DNA of 64,000 nt, taken from contig NC_086097.1 in assembly GCF_963921235.1 (NCBI RefSeq), positions 113,586,001-113,650,000 of the forward strand, written 5' to 3'. The notes under the pieces were generated by a model. That model saw nothing but the letters and a program-made list of their open reading frames with translations, was not told the origin of the DNA and did not search any database. The DNA comes from Mobula hypostoma. Taxonomy: Eukaryota. Made by a program: the position numbers and the translations under genes. Each line of letters begins with the position of its first letter. The stretch's first letter is position 1. Positions 25,006-38,999 of the stretch are shown here, in pieces.

Positions 25006-26225
25006 GAATATTGAAAGGCTTGTATAGAGTGGGCATGGAGATGAAATGTTTAGGACCAGAGGGTAGAGATTCGATATACAAGAATGTCCATTTCGAACAG
25101 AGACGAGGAAGAATTTTTTTTAGCTGGATGATGCTGAATCTGAAAAGTTCATTTCCACAAACAACTGTAGAGATTAGGTCATTGGTTAAATTTAAAGAAG
25201 GGTTTGATAAGTTTTCCATTAGTAAGGGCATCAAAGGTTATGGGGAGAAGGCAAGAGAATAAGTTGAAACATAAAGTAAATCAGCCGCGATTGAATGGTG
25301 GAGCAGATTCATTTGTTTGAATGGCCTAAATATGTTACTATATCCTCTGTTCTTAATCTAAAACACCACAGTTATTTCTGACTCCTTTGGATCAATTATA
25401 TTATATGTAGGCAAGAGATCAAATGGGTTTAGAAGCCTTGCTTCTATGATTAGTGATAATAAATCTGGTGCCAGTCTTACAGGGCTGATGACTGAATGCC
25501 TCAAGCTTCCAAGTACAGGGTCATAGAGCACTGCAGCATAGACATGTGTCCTTCGGCCCATTTAGTCCATACTGTACAGTTATTCTACCTGGCCCCACAC
25601 ATGGACTAGGGACCACCTTATTTCTACTATCCATGTACTTATCCAAAACATCTCCTAAGTGTTCAAATTGAACCTGCATCCTCCACTTCCTTTGGAAGCT
25701 CATTCCACACTCTCACCACCCTCTGAGTGAAGCTCCCCTCTCAATTTCTCCTGAAGCATTTCACCCTTCACCCTTAATCTATGACCTTAAGTCTTAGCTT
25801 CACCCAACCTCAGTGGAAAAGCCTGCTTATATTTACCCTATCTATATCACTCATAATTATGTATACCTCCAGCAAATATCCCCTGATCCTCCTCTGCGCA
25901 AGATAAAAATGTCCTAATCTATCCAATATTGCCGTATGAGTCAGGTCCTTAGATACTGGCAACATCCTTATAAATTTTCTCTGTACTCTTTCAATTTTAT
26001 TGATGTCATTCCTGTAGGCAGGTGATCAGAACTGTGTACAATACTCCAAATCTGGCTTCACCATTGTCTTATAAAACTTCAACTTAACATCACAACTCTG
26101 ATTTATGAAGGCCAATGTTCCAAAAACTTTCTTTACATCCCTATCTACCTCTGATACTACTTCCAAGGAATTTTGATCAGTATTCTCTGATCCCTTTGTT
26201 CTACCGCACTCCTCAATGCCCTACT

Positions 26226-26545
26226 ATACCCTAGTATAGGCATTAATCGTGTGGATAGCCAGAGGCTTTTTCCCAGGGCTGAAATGGCTAACACGAGGGG
26301 GCATAGTTTTAAGGTGCTTGGAGGTAGGTACAGAGGGGATGTCAGGGGTAAGTTTTTCACATAGAGTGGTGGGTGCATGGACTGTAATTCCGGCAGTGGC
26401 AGTGAAGGCAATAGGGTCTTTTAAGAGACTCTTCAATAGGTACATGGGACTTAGGAAAATAGAGGGCTATCTGGAAGGGTAATTCTAGGAAGTTTCTAGA
26501 GTAGGTTACATGATTGGCACAACATTGTGGGCTGAAAGGCCTGTT
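26226..26545 (+). mobile_element. CR1 3' fragment nested in the antisense CR1
   Basis: acacgagggggcatagttttaagg, agagtggtgggtgcatgg and CR1 tail; short direct repeat ctact on both flanks. Confidence 0.75.
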
Positions 26546-27397
26546 CTACTGCTCACAGTGTAAGTCCTACCCTAGTTTGTCCTCCAAAAGTGCAATACCT
26601 CACACTTGTCTGCATTAAATTCTATCTGCCAGTTTTCAGCCAGACTTTTCCATCTGGTCCAGATCCCGCTGCAAGCTCTGATATCCTTCCTCACTGTTTA
26701 CCCACAATGGCCCCGATCTTGGTGTTAACCACTAATTTTCTGATCCAGATTACCACATTATAATCCAAATCATTAAAATAGATGACAGACAACAACAGAC
26801 CCAGCTCCAGTCCCTGCAGTACCCCACTAGTCACAGACCTCCAGTCAGAGAGGTAAACATCTACAATCACTCTCTGGCTTCTTCCACGAAGCCAATGTTT
26901 AATCCAATTTACTACCTGAATACCAAGCAACTGAACCTTCAGGACCTGCCTTCCATGCAGGACCTTGTCAATTGACAGCATCTACTGCCTTTCCTTCATC
27001 AAGTTGCCTTATAAACTCCAAAAAAAACCCAAAAGATTGGTTAAACACAACCTACTACACAGAAAAACACGTTGACTAATCAGTCTCCATCTGATCCAGT
27101 CTCCATCTAATCAGCCCCTGTCTATCCACATACTTAAATATTCATCCCTTAGAATACCTGCAGATAATTTACCCTCTACTGACGTCAGGCTTACTGGATT
27201 ATAATTTTTCAGCTCATTCTTTGAGCCTTTCTTGAACAATGGAACAACATTAGCTATCCTCCAGTTCTCCAGCACCTCAACCATGTTTAAGAATGTTTTA
27301 AATACCTCTGCCAGGGCCCCTGTAAATTCTGCACTAACCATCGACAAGGTCTGAGGGGATACCCCGTCAGACCCTGAAGACTTATCCATCCTAATTT

Positions 27398-28372
27398 GTT
27401 TGTCATATATATTAATGATCTGGATGATGGGGTGGTAAATTGGATTAGTAAGTATGCAGATGATACTAAGATAGGTGGTGTTGTGGATGATGAAGTAGGT
27501 TTTCAAAGCTTGCAGAGAGATTTAGGCCAGTTAGAAGAGTGGGCTGAAAGATGGCAGATGGAGTTTAATGCTGAAAAATGTGAGGTGCTACATTTTGGTA
27601 GGACTAAACAAAATAGGACATACATGGTAAATGGTAGGGCATTGAAGAATGCTGTAGAACAGAGAGATCTAGGAATAATGGTGCATAGTTCCCTGAAGGT
27701 GGAATCTCATGTGGATAGGGTGGTGAAGAAAGCTTTTGGTGTGCTGGCCTTTATTAATCAGAGCATTGAGTATAGGAGTTGGGATGTAATGTTGAAATTG
27801 TACAAGGCATTGGTAAGGCCAAATTTGGAATATTGTATACAGTTCTGGTCACCAAATTGTAGGAAAGATGTCAATAAAATTGAGAGAGTACAGAGGAGGT
27901 TTGCTAAAATGTTGCCTGGGTTTCATCTCCTAAGTTACAGAGAAAGGTTGAACAAGTTAGGTTTTTATTCTTTGGAGCGTAGAAGGTTGAGAGGGGACTT
28001 GGTAGAGGTGTTTAAAATTATGAGGGGGATTGATAGAGTTGACGTGGATAGGCTTTTTCCATTGAGAATGGGGGAGATTCAAACAAGAGGACATGTGTTG
28101 AGAGTTAAAGGGCAAAAGTTTAGGGGTAACATGAGGGGGAACTTTACTCAGAGAGTGGTAGCTGTGTGGAACGAGCTTCCAGCAAAAGTGGTTGAGGCAG
28201 GTTTGATGTTGTCATTTAAAGTTAAATTGGATGGATATATGGACAGAAAGGGAATGGAGGGTTATGGGCTGAGTGCAGGTTGGTGGGACTAGGTGAGAGT
28301 ATGAGTTTGGCACGGACTAGAAGGGCCGAGATGGCCTGTTTCCATGCTGTAATTGCTATATGGTTATATGGT
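27398..28372 (+). mobile_element. Young 5'-truncated CR1 with an uninterrupted RT C-terminal frame (~298 aa)
   Basis: YINDLDD..KYADDTK..WQMEFNAEKC..RPNLEYCIQFWSP..RRRLRGDL; (TATATGGT)n tail; taattt direct repeat at 27392-27397 and 28373-28378. Confidence 0.92.
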
Positions 28373-31049
28373 TAATTTACCTCTAAACAGCAAGCACCCC
28401 TCTCCTGTAATCCAGACATGCTTCATAACCTCGTGATTATTTTGCTTCAGTTCTATGACTTTACGTCCATCTCCCGAGTAAATACAAATGCAAAATTTCC
28501 ATTTAAAATCTTCCCATCTCTTTTGGCTACATCCATAGATGACCACGCTGATTTTCAAAAAAAACAATTTTGTCCTTGCTATCCTTTTGCTTTTAATGTA
28601 TTTGTAGAAACCCTTTGGATTCTCCTTCTCCTGGTTTGCTGGAGCAACCTCATTTCTCCTTTAGCTCTACTGGTTTCCCTCTTAAGTGTTCTCTTGCATT
28701 TCTTACACTCCTCAAGTGCCTCATTTGTTCCTTGCTGCCTATATTTACTATCTGCCTCCTCCTTTTTCTTAACTGGGGCCTTGATACCCTTCAAAACCTA
28801 AGGTTCCCTAAATCTGTTTGCCTTACTTTTTTTTCCAACTGGAACATATAAACCCTATACTCTCAATATATCACTTTTGTAGGTCTCCTACTTACCAAGT
28901 TGTCACCTGTCCTGTCTCTTTCCCGGGTAGGAGATCTAGTAATGTGCTCTCTCTCATTGGAATATCCTTATGTTGATATAAAGAAATTTTCCTGAACACA
29001 TTTGACAAATTCTCCCATCTTGTTCTTTTACAGTATATGAGTCCCAGTCTATATGTGGAAAGTTAAAATCATCTACTATCACAGCCTTATGTACCTCTCT
29101 ACAAATTTGCTCCTCTAAATCTCAGTGATTATTTGGGGGGGGGGGGGGCTGTTCTATAATATAATCCCAATAATGTGGTAACTACTTTCTTATTCCTCAG
29201 TTCCACCCATATAGCCTCAGTAGACAAACCCTCTGGTCTGTCCTTTCTGAGCATTGCTGTGACATTTTCCCTGATGAGTAATGCTAATCCTCTCCCTCTA
29301 TCATGTCTAAAACAATGGAACCCTGACACATAGAGCTGCCAGTTCTGCCCCTCCTGCAATCAAGTCCCACTAGCAGCTACAAAGTCATAATTTCATGTGC
29401 TAATCTATGTTCCAACCTCATCTGCCTCACCTACAATACTTCTTGCATTGAAATAGACACAACTGAAACCTTAGTCCCGTCACACTGAACATAAGTCCTA
29501 CCAAACCAGAAAGAGTGGCCAACTTTTAGTACACGTAAATCTGGGTTTTTAGAACCTTGTGTCAGTTTAAATTGGAGTTGGTTGGAGATACACAGTGGAA
29601 ATTGTTATTAGATATGAGGGGGTTAATGTAGTATTGAATTCCCCTTACAAAATAACCTGGCCATTCAAGTGACCAACACACTCTGAAATCACATTTAACC
29701 TGCTGAGAGAGCTCAATATAGTGATGTATGTGTGGACATCCTGGAGTCCACTGGCCTAATGCTGATGTTTTGAAGCTGGCTGATTTAGCTTATCTAATAT
29801 TCAAATCTGTTCTCTTTGCAATACAGCGATAGTTTGATTAGTATTTTTAAAAAGTCACTTGATTTATTGAATATACAAGAGATGCCCATGCAGGGTTTCA
29901 GCCTGGATGATTAACAATTCCCACCCCCCCACCCCCAACAGATGAGGCAACACCATCTGAATTCCTCCAGCAGATTGCTTGTTGCCCATTTTCCAATATT
30001 CTATCTCTGAGTTAAGGACATATATCATACAATTTCAATTCCTTTTAATTCTGATGGAACAGCATTTCACACTATGTGTTTTAATTTTCTTAAAGTAGCT
30101 CACTCAACTTTGATTTCTAACTATCAGTAGCTCCTGTAGGAGCCATGCATCAGCTTTCTATCTGCCTTGTATTCTGTGTTGTGCATTTACTATGGTAACT
30201 AGTCACATGGGTGGTGACATGGTAAAGTGAAGGGTTTAGTTATGTATTCGTGCTTTGCTCGTGGCAGTTTCGAGCAGGGGACCATGGGGTGTCATACCTT
30301 TTGTTGACTGCTCAACTTTGCTTAATTACGTCACTTAATTTCATTGAGCTATTTGCGCTTAACTTCAATTAAGTCCGCTTAAGCATGTTTAATATCGCTA
30401 TTTGAAGTTTCCTAAGTTTCATCGGTTCAAAATTGTAGGTTTTACTAGTTGCTAATAAAGAATCTTTGACTTTTTGGAACATCTTTATTGGACAGATCAT
30501 AGGGTGTATCATACAAGATAACCAACCACCCATGTGGTCACCAGCAGAGACATTGGTTTAGCCATTACACCTCCTATCTACACCTACATCTGCAGATTAT
30601 TTATCAATGAACAATTTTCTAAAAAGTATCATTCTTTCACAATATTAAAGCACACATAATATAATACTATTTCCATATTCATTTTGCATCACAATTGAAT
30701 GTAGACTTAATAGATAATGGTTAGTTGGTTAATTGGTCATTGTAAATTGTTCTATGATTAGGCAAAGATTAAATTGGAGGTGGCGCGGCTTCAAGAGCTG
30801 GAAAGATCTATTCCACTTTGTATCTCTAAATAAAACAAGTAAAATAAATAAATCTTGAATCACCACCAAATTACACCTACACTCTATACACCTACACCCC
30901 AGTATAGTTATCCCACACATTCACCCACACAGATTCCCATCCCACCACCACATACACCTCTCCTTCTTGTACTATTACATACATGCATAGATCTAGACAC
31001 TCACTGAAGGATCTAGCTTGTCAATGACCAGTGAAGTGGATGTTTTCTA

Positions 31050-31380
31050 TAGAGGGAAGATTCTAGGACCCAAGGTCATAGCCTCAGAATAGATGGGTGG
31101 CCCTTTAGAAAAGAGATGAGGAGGAATTTATTTAGTCATAGGGTGGTGAATCTGTGGAATTCATTGCCACAGGCGGCTGCAGAGGCCAGGTCAGTGGGTA
31201 TATTTAAAGTGGAGATTGATAGGTTCTTGATCAGTAATGATGTCAAATGTTACAGGGAGATGGCAGGTGAAAGGGGTTGAGAGGATAATAAAACAGCCAT
31301 GATGGAATGGAGGAGCAGACTGAATAGACCAAATGGACTAATTCTGCTCCTATGTGTCATTCATGGCCTAATGGTCTTAC
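31050..31380 (+). mobile_element. CR1 3' fragment
   Basis: gagatgaggaggaattta..gggtggtgaatctgtggaattcattgccac and CR1 tail ctaattctgctcctatg. Confidence 0.75.
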
Positions 31381-31839
31381 GTTTTCCCTCTTTCTTTCAG
31401 AACAAGGAATCAGCAAATCAGAGGGAGGCTACTCACAAGCCCTCATATGCCCAACACCTCAGAATGATGGAGGAGAGAAACATGATGCTCATAGGCACAA
31501 TGCCCCCCCACACACAACTCCAAACTGAGGTCAGGCCACAGGAGCTTCGAAATACCTTGTTGATTGTAGCCTAGCATTTTGTTCTCAAGAGTGCAATAGG
31601 ATTAGAAAATAGTGCTTCCTGTTTTCTGCAGACCCGGGATCTGGTTCAATAGCTAACAATTACAATGGCAGAACTTAAAAGGTTAGGTAGGTATAGGGAT
31701 ATCAAGTGGTAAAGTCACCAAGTGTTTTTTTTTCTCTTAAAGAAAGTGAATAAACTAAAGCACAGCTAAATATTTTTACATGTGACCATGACAATATTAG
31801 TTTATTTTTAAAAACACAAAGCAAATATATTACGATCAT

Positions 31840-33474
31840 AAACACAAAATAATCTGCAGATGCTGGGGTCAAAGCAGCACTCACAACACGCTGGAGGAAC
31901 TCAGCAGGTCGGGCAGCATCCGTGGAAACAATGAGTCGACGTTTCGGGCCGGAACCCTTCATCAGGACTGTAGAGGGAAGGGGCAGAGGCCCTATAAAGA
32001 AGGTGGGGGGAGGGTGGGAAGGAGAAGGCTGGTAGGTTCAGGTGAAAAACCAGTAAGGGGAAAGATAAAGGGGTGGGGGAGGGGAAGCAGGGAGGTGATA
32101 GGCAGGAAAGGTGAAGAAGGAATAGGGGAAAGCACAATGGGTAGTAGAAGGAGGCGGAACCATGAGGGAGGTGATAGGCAGCTGGGGGAGGGGGCAGAGT
32201 GACATAGGGATAGAGGAAGAGAGGAGGAGGGAATTACCGGAAGTTGGAGAATTCTATGTTCATACACAGGGGCTGGAGACTACCTAGAAGGTATATGAGG
32301 TGTTGCTCCTCCAACCTGAGCTTAGCCTCATCATGGCAGTAGAGGAAGCCATGTATAGACTTATCTGAATGGGAATGGGAAGCAGAGTTGAAGTAGGTGG
32401 CTACCGGGAGATCCTGTCTGTTGTGGCGGACAGAGCGGAGGTGCTTGACGAAGCGGTCCCCCCATCTGCGTCGGGTTTCACCGATGTAGAGGAGGCCGCA
32501 CCAGGAGCACCGGATGCAATAGATGACCCCAACAGACTCACAACTGAAGTGTTGCCTCACCTGGAAGGACTGTCTGGGGCCCTGAATGGTGGCAAGAGAG
32601 GAGGTGTAGGGACATGGGTAGCACTTATGCCTACAGGGATAAGTGCCGGGTGGGAGATACTTGGGGAGGGACGTGTGGATCAGGGAGTCGCGGAGGGACC
32701 GATCCCTGTGGAAAGTGGAGAGGGAAAGACATGCTTAGTGGTGGGGTCCTGTTGAAGGTGGCGGAAGTTGCGGAGGATAATGTGCTGGATCTGGAGGCTG
32801 GTGGGGTGGTAGATGAGGACAAGAGGAACTCTGTCCTTGTTGTGGTGGTGGGAGGTTGGGGTGAGGACCGAAGAGCGGGAAATGAAGGAGATGCGTCATC
32901 ATTGATGACGACGGAAGGGAAACCACGATCCTTAAAGAAAGAGGACATTTGAGATGTCCTGGAATGGAAAGCCTCATCCTGGGAGCAGATGCGGCGGAGA
33001 CAGAGGAACTGGGAATGGCATTTTTGCATGTGGCGGGGTGGGAAGAGGTATAGTTGAGGTAGTTATGAGACTCAGTGGGCTTGTAGAAGATGTCAGTGGA
33101 CAGTCTGTCTCCAGAGATGGAGACCAAGAGATCGAGAAAGGAGAGAAGTGTCCGAGATAGACCAAGTGAATTTGAGGGCTGGGTGGAAGTTAGAAGTAAA
33201 GTCGATGAAATTGACGAGCTCAGCATGGGTGCAGGAAGCAGCACCAATGAAGTCGTCAATGTACCGAAGGAAAAGTTGGGGAGCAGTACCAGAATAGGTT
33301 TGGAGCACAGACTGTTCCACATAACCAATGAAGAGGCGGGCATAACTGGGGCCCATGTGAGTGCTCATAGCTACACCCTTAGTCTGAAGAAAGTGTGAAG
33401 AGCCAAAGGGGAAGTTATTAAGTGTGAGAACCAGTTCCGCCAACCAGAGGAGGGTAGTGGTGGTGGGGAACTGG
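31840..33474 (-). mobile_element. Penelope-like element, 5'-truncated: RT, GIY-YIG endonuclease and pseudo-LTR
   Basis: LQTKGVAMSTHMGPSYARLF..FLRYIDD (RT), FLDL..TDIFYKPTESHNYL, and GVIYCIRCSWCGLLYIGETRRR (GIY-YIG); frameshifted. Confidence 0.92.
31934..31969 (-). ncRNA. Minimal type I hammerhead ribozyme of the PLE pseudo-LTR
   Basis: AGUC-CUGAUGA-A-GGG UUCCGG CCC-GAAAC-GUC|GACU: stem I AGUC/GACU, stem II GGG/CCC, palindromic ACGU in place of stem III. Confidence 0.8.
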
Positions 33475-35099
33475 CGATAGAACGAAGACTGTAAGTCTTA
33501 AGTGGAGTACCACTACCCTGTCTGTGAGACTCGTGTTCCATCCTCCCTTGATCCATCCTTTGAAATTTATGAAAAAAACACCTCAATTTGTACGTGCACT
33601 GCTACATTTCTCCAGAAGCACCAGGCATACAACTTAGTTCTCACCTCTACTGTGACATTTATTGCAAAATTTTCTGAGAGATGGCTCCATACCATTAAAA
33701 CCTCAAACACCAGCACAAGGGAAGCAGAAGGGGTGAAAGATGTGGCAAGATGAATTGGCAAAGAATAGTGATGATGGAAGGCATATAGTACCATTGTACC
33801 TAATACTATAGTGTCAGACACTGTTGTGATTGACTTTGAGGGTCAGGTGAAACTACGCTGCACTCTTCAGATACAGGCGCAAGAAACCTGGTGCCAATGG
33901 CAACAGAGATGGCTGACAGATTGCCAGATTTGCCTGACTAAATCCTGGAGGTGGCAAAGACCATGGAAGAGTCTGGCTTCCTACTCCTCTCATAGGAGCT
34001 AGTTCAGCACCATTACCGTTTTAGTGACGTGCGCTTCTGTGCGAGAGTCCATTGACAATCCCATTTTACAGCACTTATTGGCTTTTCTTTTACACTATTA
34101 ATTTTATTTTTACTATATCTCCTTCCACCATAGCCTTTCTTCAGAAAACGCAGCTGGCAAGCTGCAGATTCCCCGATGGTGACCGTTCTTTTGAAACTAT
34201 TGTGCTTGCCGACTACTCTGACAACTCACACTTGTTTCCAATCACACTTTGTGTGCTTGTGCACAAGGAGAACAGCATGACCCCTACAACCAAACTGCTC
34301 TGAAGTTTGAACAATGAAATACCATTTTTAGAGAGAAATTGACTGGCTCAATACAGATAATGATCTGATAGAAATTTTGTGCGATTCTGAATCCTATCAT
34401 TTGCAGATTACATAATTCATATTTAGCTGTTAATAACCAATTAAATCTACATTAAAGGCCAATAATACTTGAGAAACTGTCCCAATAGTGAGAGTAGCTC
34501 TAAAATCCTTCATTTGCATCCTTATCTTTCCTTGGTGTGCCTGCTGACCTTGATTCCCAGGGCTCAAGCAGAAAGGTTGTACGAAGGAGAGTTCGGCTTT
34601 CAAGAGCCGTGTTCAGCCTGGGTGACTGCACCATGTCTGGACACTGTCTCTGTCAACATATCATCTTGACTGTTGCCTTACTGTACTTGAACACATAGAA
34701 GGGGCAGTATAAAGTATCTGTGCTCAGTTCCCTTTTAACCCTTCCATACATTTTAACTTGCTGCAACTTCTATGCAGTACCTTGCTAGAGGAATAAGTTC
34801 TTCTGGCAACATAGAATGCCCACAATGCTTGGCAGAACAACACAGAACATAACAGAACAAAAGACAATAACAGCGAAACAAGCCCCATCCCTCCCCGCAA
34901 CACACCAACCCATGCACATACACAGTATTTCAAACCCAGGGCAGGCATTCTCTTGCGGATTCACAGACATTAGGCTGTGGTTTCCCCAGTGGACTCGTGA
35001 ACTCAGGGATTTGGCCACCAGACCTCAATTTACAGACTTCTGATCGATCTTATGGCTTCGAACTTTGGCATCAACCCCAGAACTCGCTGATGATGACAA

Positions 35100-36320
35100 A
35101 GATATAGAACAGAGAACAGTACAGCATAGGGACAGGCTCTTTTGTCTACAAAGTTGTGCTGAACCAGCTAAAAAAACAAATCAAAAACTCCCAAACACTA
35201 ATCACCCCCACCTACACCATGTCCATATCCCTCTATCTTCCTCACATCCATGTGCTTATACAAACGTCTCTTAAAAGCCTCCAATGTATTTGCCTCTGCC
35301 ACCATACCAGGCAGTGCATTCCAGGCATCCATGACTCTCTGAGTTAAAAGGCTTATCCCTCACATCCCCTGTGAACCTAGCCCCTCTCGCCTTCAATGGA
35401 TGCCCTCTGCTATTAGACATTTCAACCCTGGGAAACAGAAACCTTCTGTCCACTCTATCTATGCCTCTCATAATCTTGTAAACCTCCATCAGATTTCCTC
35501 TCAGCCTTCGCCGTTCCAGAGAAAACAACCCAAGTTAACCCAGCCGCTCATGATAACACATGCTCTCTGAACCAGGCAGCATCCTGGTAAACCTCTTCTG
35601 CTCCCTCTCCAAAACCTCAATATCTTTCTTATAGTGAGGTGACCAGAAAGGTATGCAATACTCCAGATGTGGCCTAACCAGAGTTTTATAAAGTTGCAAC
35701 ATTGACTTTTGAACTCAATGCTTTGACTAATAAAAGCAAGCATTCCATTAACCTTCTTAACCACCCAATCGTCCTGTGTGGCCACTTTCAAGAAGCTCTG
35801 AATTTGGATCTCAAGATCTCTCTGCTCAGCAACACTGACTTAAACAATGTACTGTCTCCTTGCATTTGCCCAACATAAGTGCCTCACATTTATCTGGGTT
35901 AAACTCCATCTGCCATTTGTCTGTCCATATCTACAACTGATCTATATCATGCTGAGTTCCTTGCCAATCTTCCACACTATCGACATCTCCACCAATCTTG
36001 GTATCATCGGCAAACTTAGTAACCCACCCATCTACATTTTCATCCTGGTAATTTTGAAACATCACAAACAGCAGAGGGCCCAGCACAGCTGCTCGCACAC
36101 TAACTTCAGAGCTCCAGTTTGAATAAATCCCTTCAACCAGCACCCATTGCCCTCCCTGTGCAAGCCAGTTCTGAATCCAAACAGCGTCTTAATCTTCTGA
36201 ATTAGTCTCCCATGAGGGACCTTGTCAAATGCCTTACTGAAATCCATGTTGACAACTTCCACTGTCCTATCCTCATCAATCTCTTTTGTCACCTTGTCAA
36301 AAAACTCAGTCAAGTTGGTA
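35100..36320 (-). mobile_element. CR1 LINE RT and 3' region
   Basis: DFSKAFDKVPHGRL, KFADDTK and FSLERRRLRGNL motifs. Confidence 0.9.
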
Positions 36321-38109
36321 AGGCACAGCCCGCCACACCAGGACTCAATGACGGGACCCCGAACAGTAGGCCTCGAACTCTCGTCTCACCAATCCAATCT
36401 CAGAACCTGCTGGCCTAGGAGGGGCCACCAACCCTCATCCTCACTAGCTTGCTGGCCCGATCTTTCACACCTATCTTGAGAACAATAACTAATCGACAAC
36501 ATTGATGTAATAACTTATATTTAATTTCAGTCTTTTATATTTGATTTAATATTCATTTAATATTTAGAATCTGTTAACAAAAGCTTTGTTTTAATTCATC
36601 TTTGGCCAGGCTTGAATGATCTTGATATGAATAATTCGGAAGTAGCCTGTGACTGATGATGCAGTCCCCGGAGGGATTCACTTGGATGATTCAATCAGGA
36701 ATAATAATTAATAATTACAACCAACTCTCACTAATCTTATTTGTGTGAATATTAATGACTGTAACTTGCAGAAAGGTAGTCCTCATGAACATGGTCTTGG
36801 GAAGGACCTGTAGCTGGTCTGTTAATGTAGGTTAAATGATACACTAGGATTCTCCAGAGTCAGACCATACTTGTTTAATCTATGATACCTTATAAAACAT
36901 TGGGTAGCATTTACAATGCAGCTTCTATATATTGGATGAATATGAAGAGGTTAATCATTTTGTTGCTCAGAACAGTAGGCTGTTGATATCTTGATTTGTG
37001 CAAGTCACAAAAACTGTATTTGCATTTTTGGCCCACTTCACTTGTATTTATTTATATGCATACCGACTTGTGGCCAGCTATCCACACAACAAAAAGTGAT
37101 GGATACTGCCTAGTCCATGACAGGAAAAACCCTCCCTGACCATTGAACACACCTGCAAGGAGCGCTGTCTCAAAAAAGCAACATCCATCATCAAGGATCC
37201 CACCATCCAGGCCATGCTTTCTCGTTGAGTGGGATCTGGGATCAGCCATGCTGGAATGGGGGGAGCAGACTTGATGGGCTGAACAGCCTAATTCTGCTCC
37301 TATATCTCATGGTCTTATGGACTCCTGGTAGCCCAAGCCAGAAAGGCCAGCAGGGTGGTCTGTGGGTGGTATCTTAACTTCCACCAGCTGGTTGCTATTT
37401 GCTACCTGCACCACCATGCAGAATGACCATAGCTGTGAGACTGGCAGGATGTTACATATTCCATATGACTACAGCTGACCATTCAGCCCACTGATGTTAA
37501 GCCGACATTCAGTGCTTGTCCATCAGTCCCTTTGTCTTCCTGCAATCTATTCTATCACATACTGTATGTCCATTAACGTGGATGGCATAGAGGCACGGCT
37601 CCGGATATCCGGTTACCTGTGCTCAATCCTGATCTCCAGTACTATCTCCATCAAGTTAACGTGTTCTCCCTGAGACTGCATGGACTTCCAGCCACATCCA
37701 GAAGATGTGTCGTTGATAGTAGGCAATGAACAGGACACTGCAAGCTACCTCTAGTGTGTGGATGAGTAGCAGAACTAGTGGGGAGAGCAGGGCTGATGGG
37801 CACGAGGAGAAAATGAAATGGAATTAGAACATAAAATATTAAACACAGTACAGCACAGGCACTTTAGCCCGCGATCTTGTGCTGACCCTATAAGCTAGTC
37901 CAGATCAATCTAACCCTTCCCTCCTACAGAACCCTCTACTTCTCTATCATCCATGTACTTGTATAAGAGTTTCTTAAATATCCCTAATGTATCTGCCTCT
38001 ACCACCACCTTTGGCAGAGCGTTCCACACACTCACAATTCTCTGAATAAAAATAAATTTCTGACATCACCCCCCCTGCCATGCTTGTCTTCAACCACCTT
38101 AAAATTATG

Positions 38110-38660
38110 CTCTTGGACCCTGGCACCCAGGAGGCAACATACTATCTGGGAATTTCATTCTCACCCATGGAACCTCCAGTCTGTTCCCTAACTAACGAAT
38201 CCCTTATCACCACAGTGTGTCTCTTCTTTCCCCTTCCCTTCTGAGTCACAGAGGTAGACTCAGTACCAGCGACCTGACTACTGTGACTTTCCACTGTTAA
38301 GTCATCCCCCGCTGACAGTATCCAAAGTGATACACCTGTTGTTGAGGGAGATGGCCACAGAGGTACTCTGCACTGGCTTCTTAACTCTTTTCCGCTTCCT
38401 CTCGCCTGGTTTCCTGTGCCCTCACCTTGTGTGTAACTACCTCTGTATATGCTTTACCTCTCACCCCTTCAGCCTTCTGAATGATCCAGAGTTCATCCAT
38501 TCCCAGCTCCAGCTCCAGCTCCTTAACACGGTTCATAGGAAGCTGCAGCTGGATGCGGTTCTTGCAGCTGTAGTGGTCAGGGATACTGGATGTCTCCCTC
38601 CCTTCCCATATCCCGCAAAAGGAGCATTTGAACTATCCTGCCTGACATCTCTGTTGTCCT
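38110..38660 (-). mobile_element. CR1 ORF1 fragment (zinc finger / SGNH esterase-like)
   Basis: Minus strand reads VCCLLGARVQ, homologous to the ORF1 piece at 40200-40900. Confidence 0.6.
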
Positions 38661-38999
38661 AGCTGAACAGATATAAAGAAGAGAAGGAAAAATCTTGAAC
38701 TTTTCTTTTTTTGCTTTCTCTGTGTGAAGCCTCGAAGAGCTAAAGCCTTAATTTCACTACTCTGATTATGTCCACTCAGATGATGGCCGCTGTGCTAGCT
38801 CGTGCCTTCCTTTAAAATGCTCTTACTAATCAATTCCAAACGCCAACTGGCCGCTGATCACAGCTCTATTACACTGCCGAGACCCACTCCTGCCTTTTAT
38901 CCTCAGGCAGTGGACCTGATTGAAGTCCCCTCCTCTCCAATCTTCCGATGTCTGGATTGGCCACTGGTCAAAGCTTTCCTAAATGTTCCTTTAGCTTAA

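Larger units (their letters stand above)
21985..25335 (+). mobile_element. CR1 LINE (endonuclease end, RT, 3' UTR) interrupted by PLE and Hero-like insertions
   Basis: VYLDFQKSFDK, GVPQRSVLGPLLF, KFTDDTK and RDLGVLV motifs; CR1-type 3' tail near 25330. Confidence 0.9.
25520..29460 (-). mobile_element. Long degenerate CR1 LINE (endonuclease, RT, 3' UTR) with two nested antisense CR1 pieces
   Basis: EAIWVELRNKK..LLGLYYR (EN), WRIANVVPLFKKG..PVSLTSV and VTSGVLQG (RT). Confidence 0.9.

Noticed and set aside
27396..28292. Longest ORF (298 aa) as a possible host gene
   Set aside because: It is a 5'-truncated CR1 RT with no ATG start, a TSD and a LINE tail.
29880..29985. Very degenerate PLE pseudo-LTR / hammerhead-like remnant
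   Set aside because: Both core motifs are lost, so it was not counted as a hammerhead.
30136..30515. Possible solo LTR (AATAAA, ends TACA)
   Set aside because: I could not define a 5' end with a matching TSD, so it is left uncalled.
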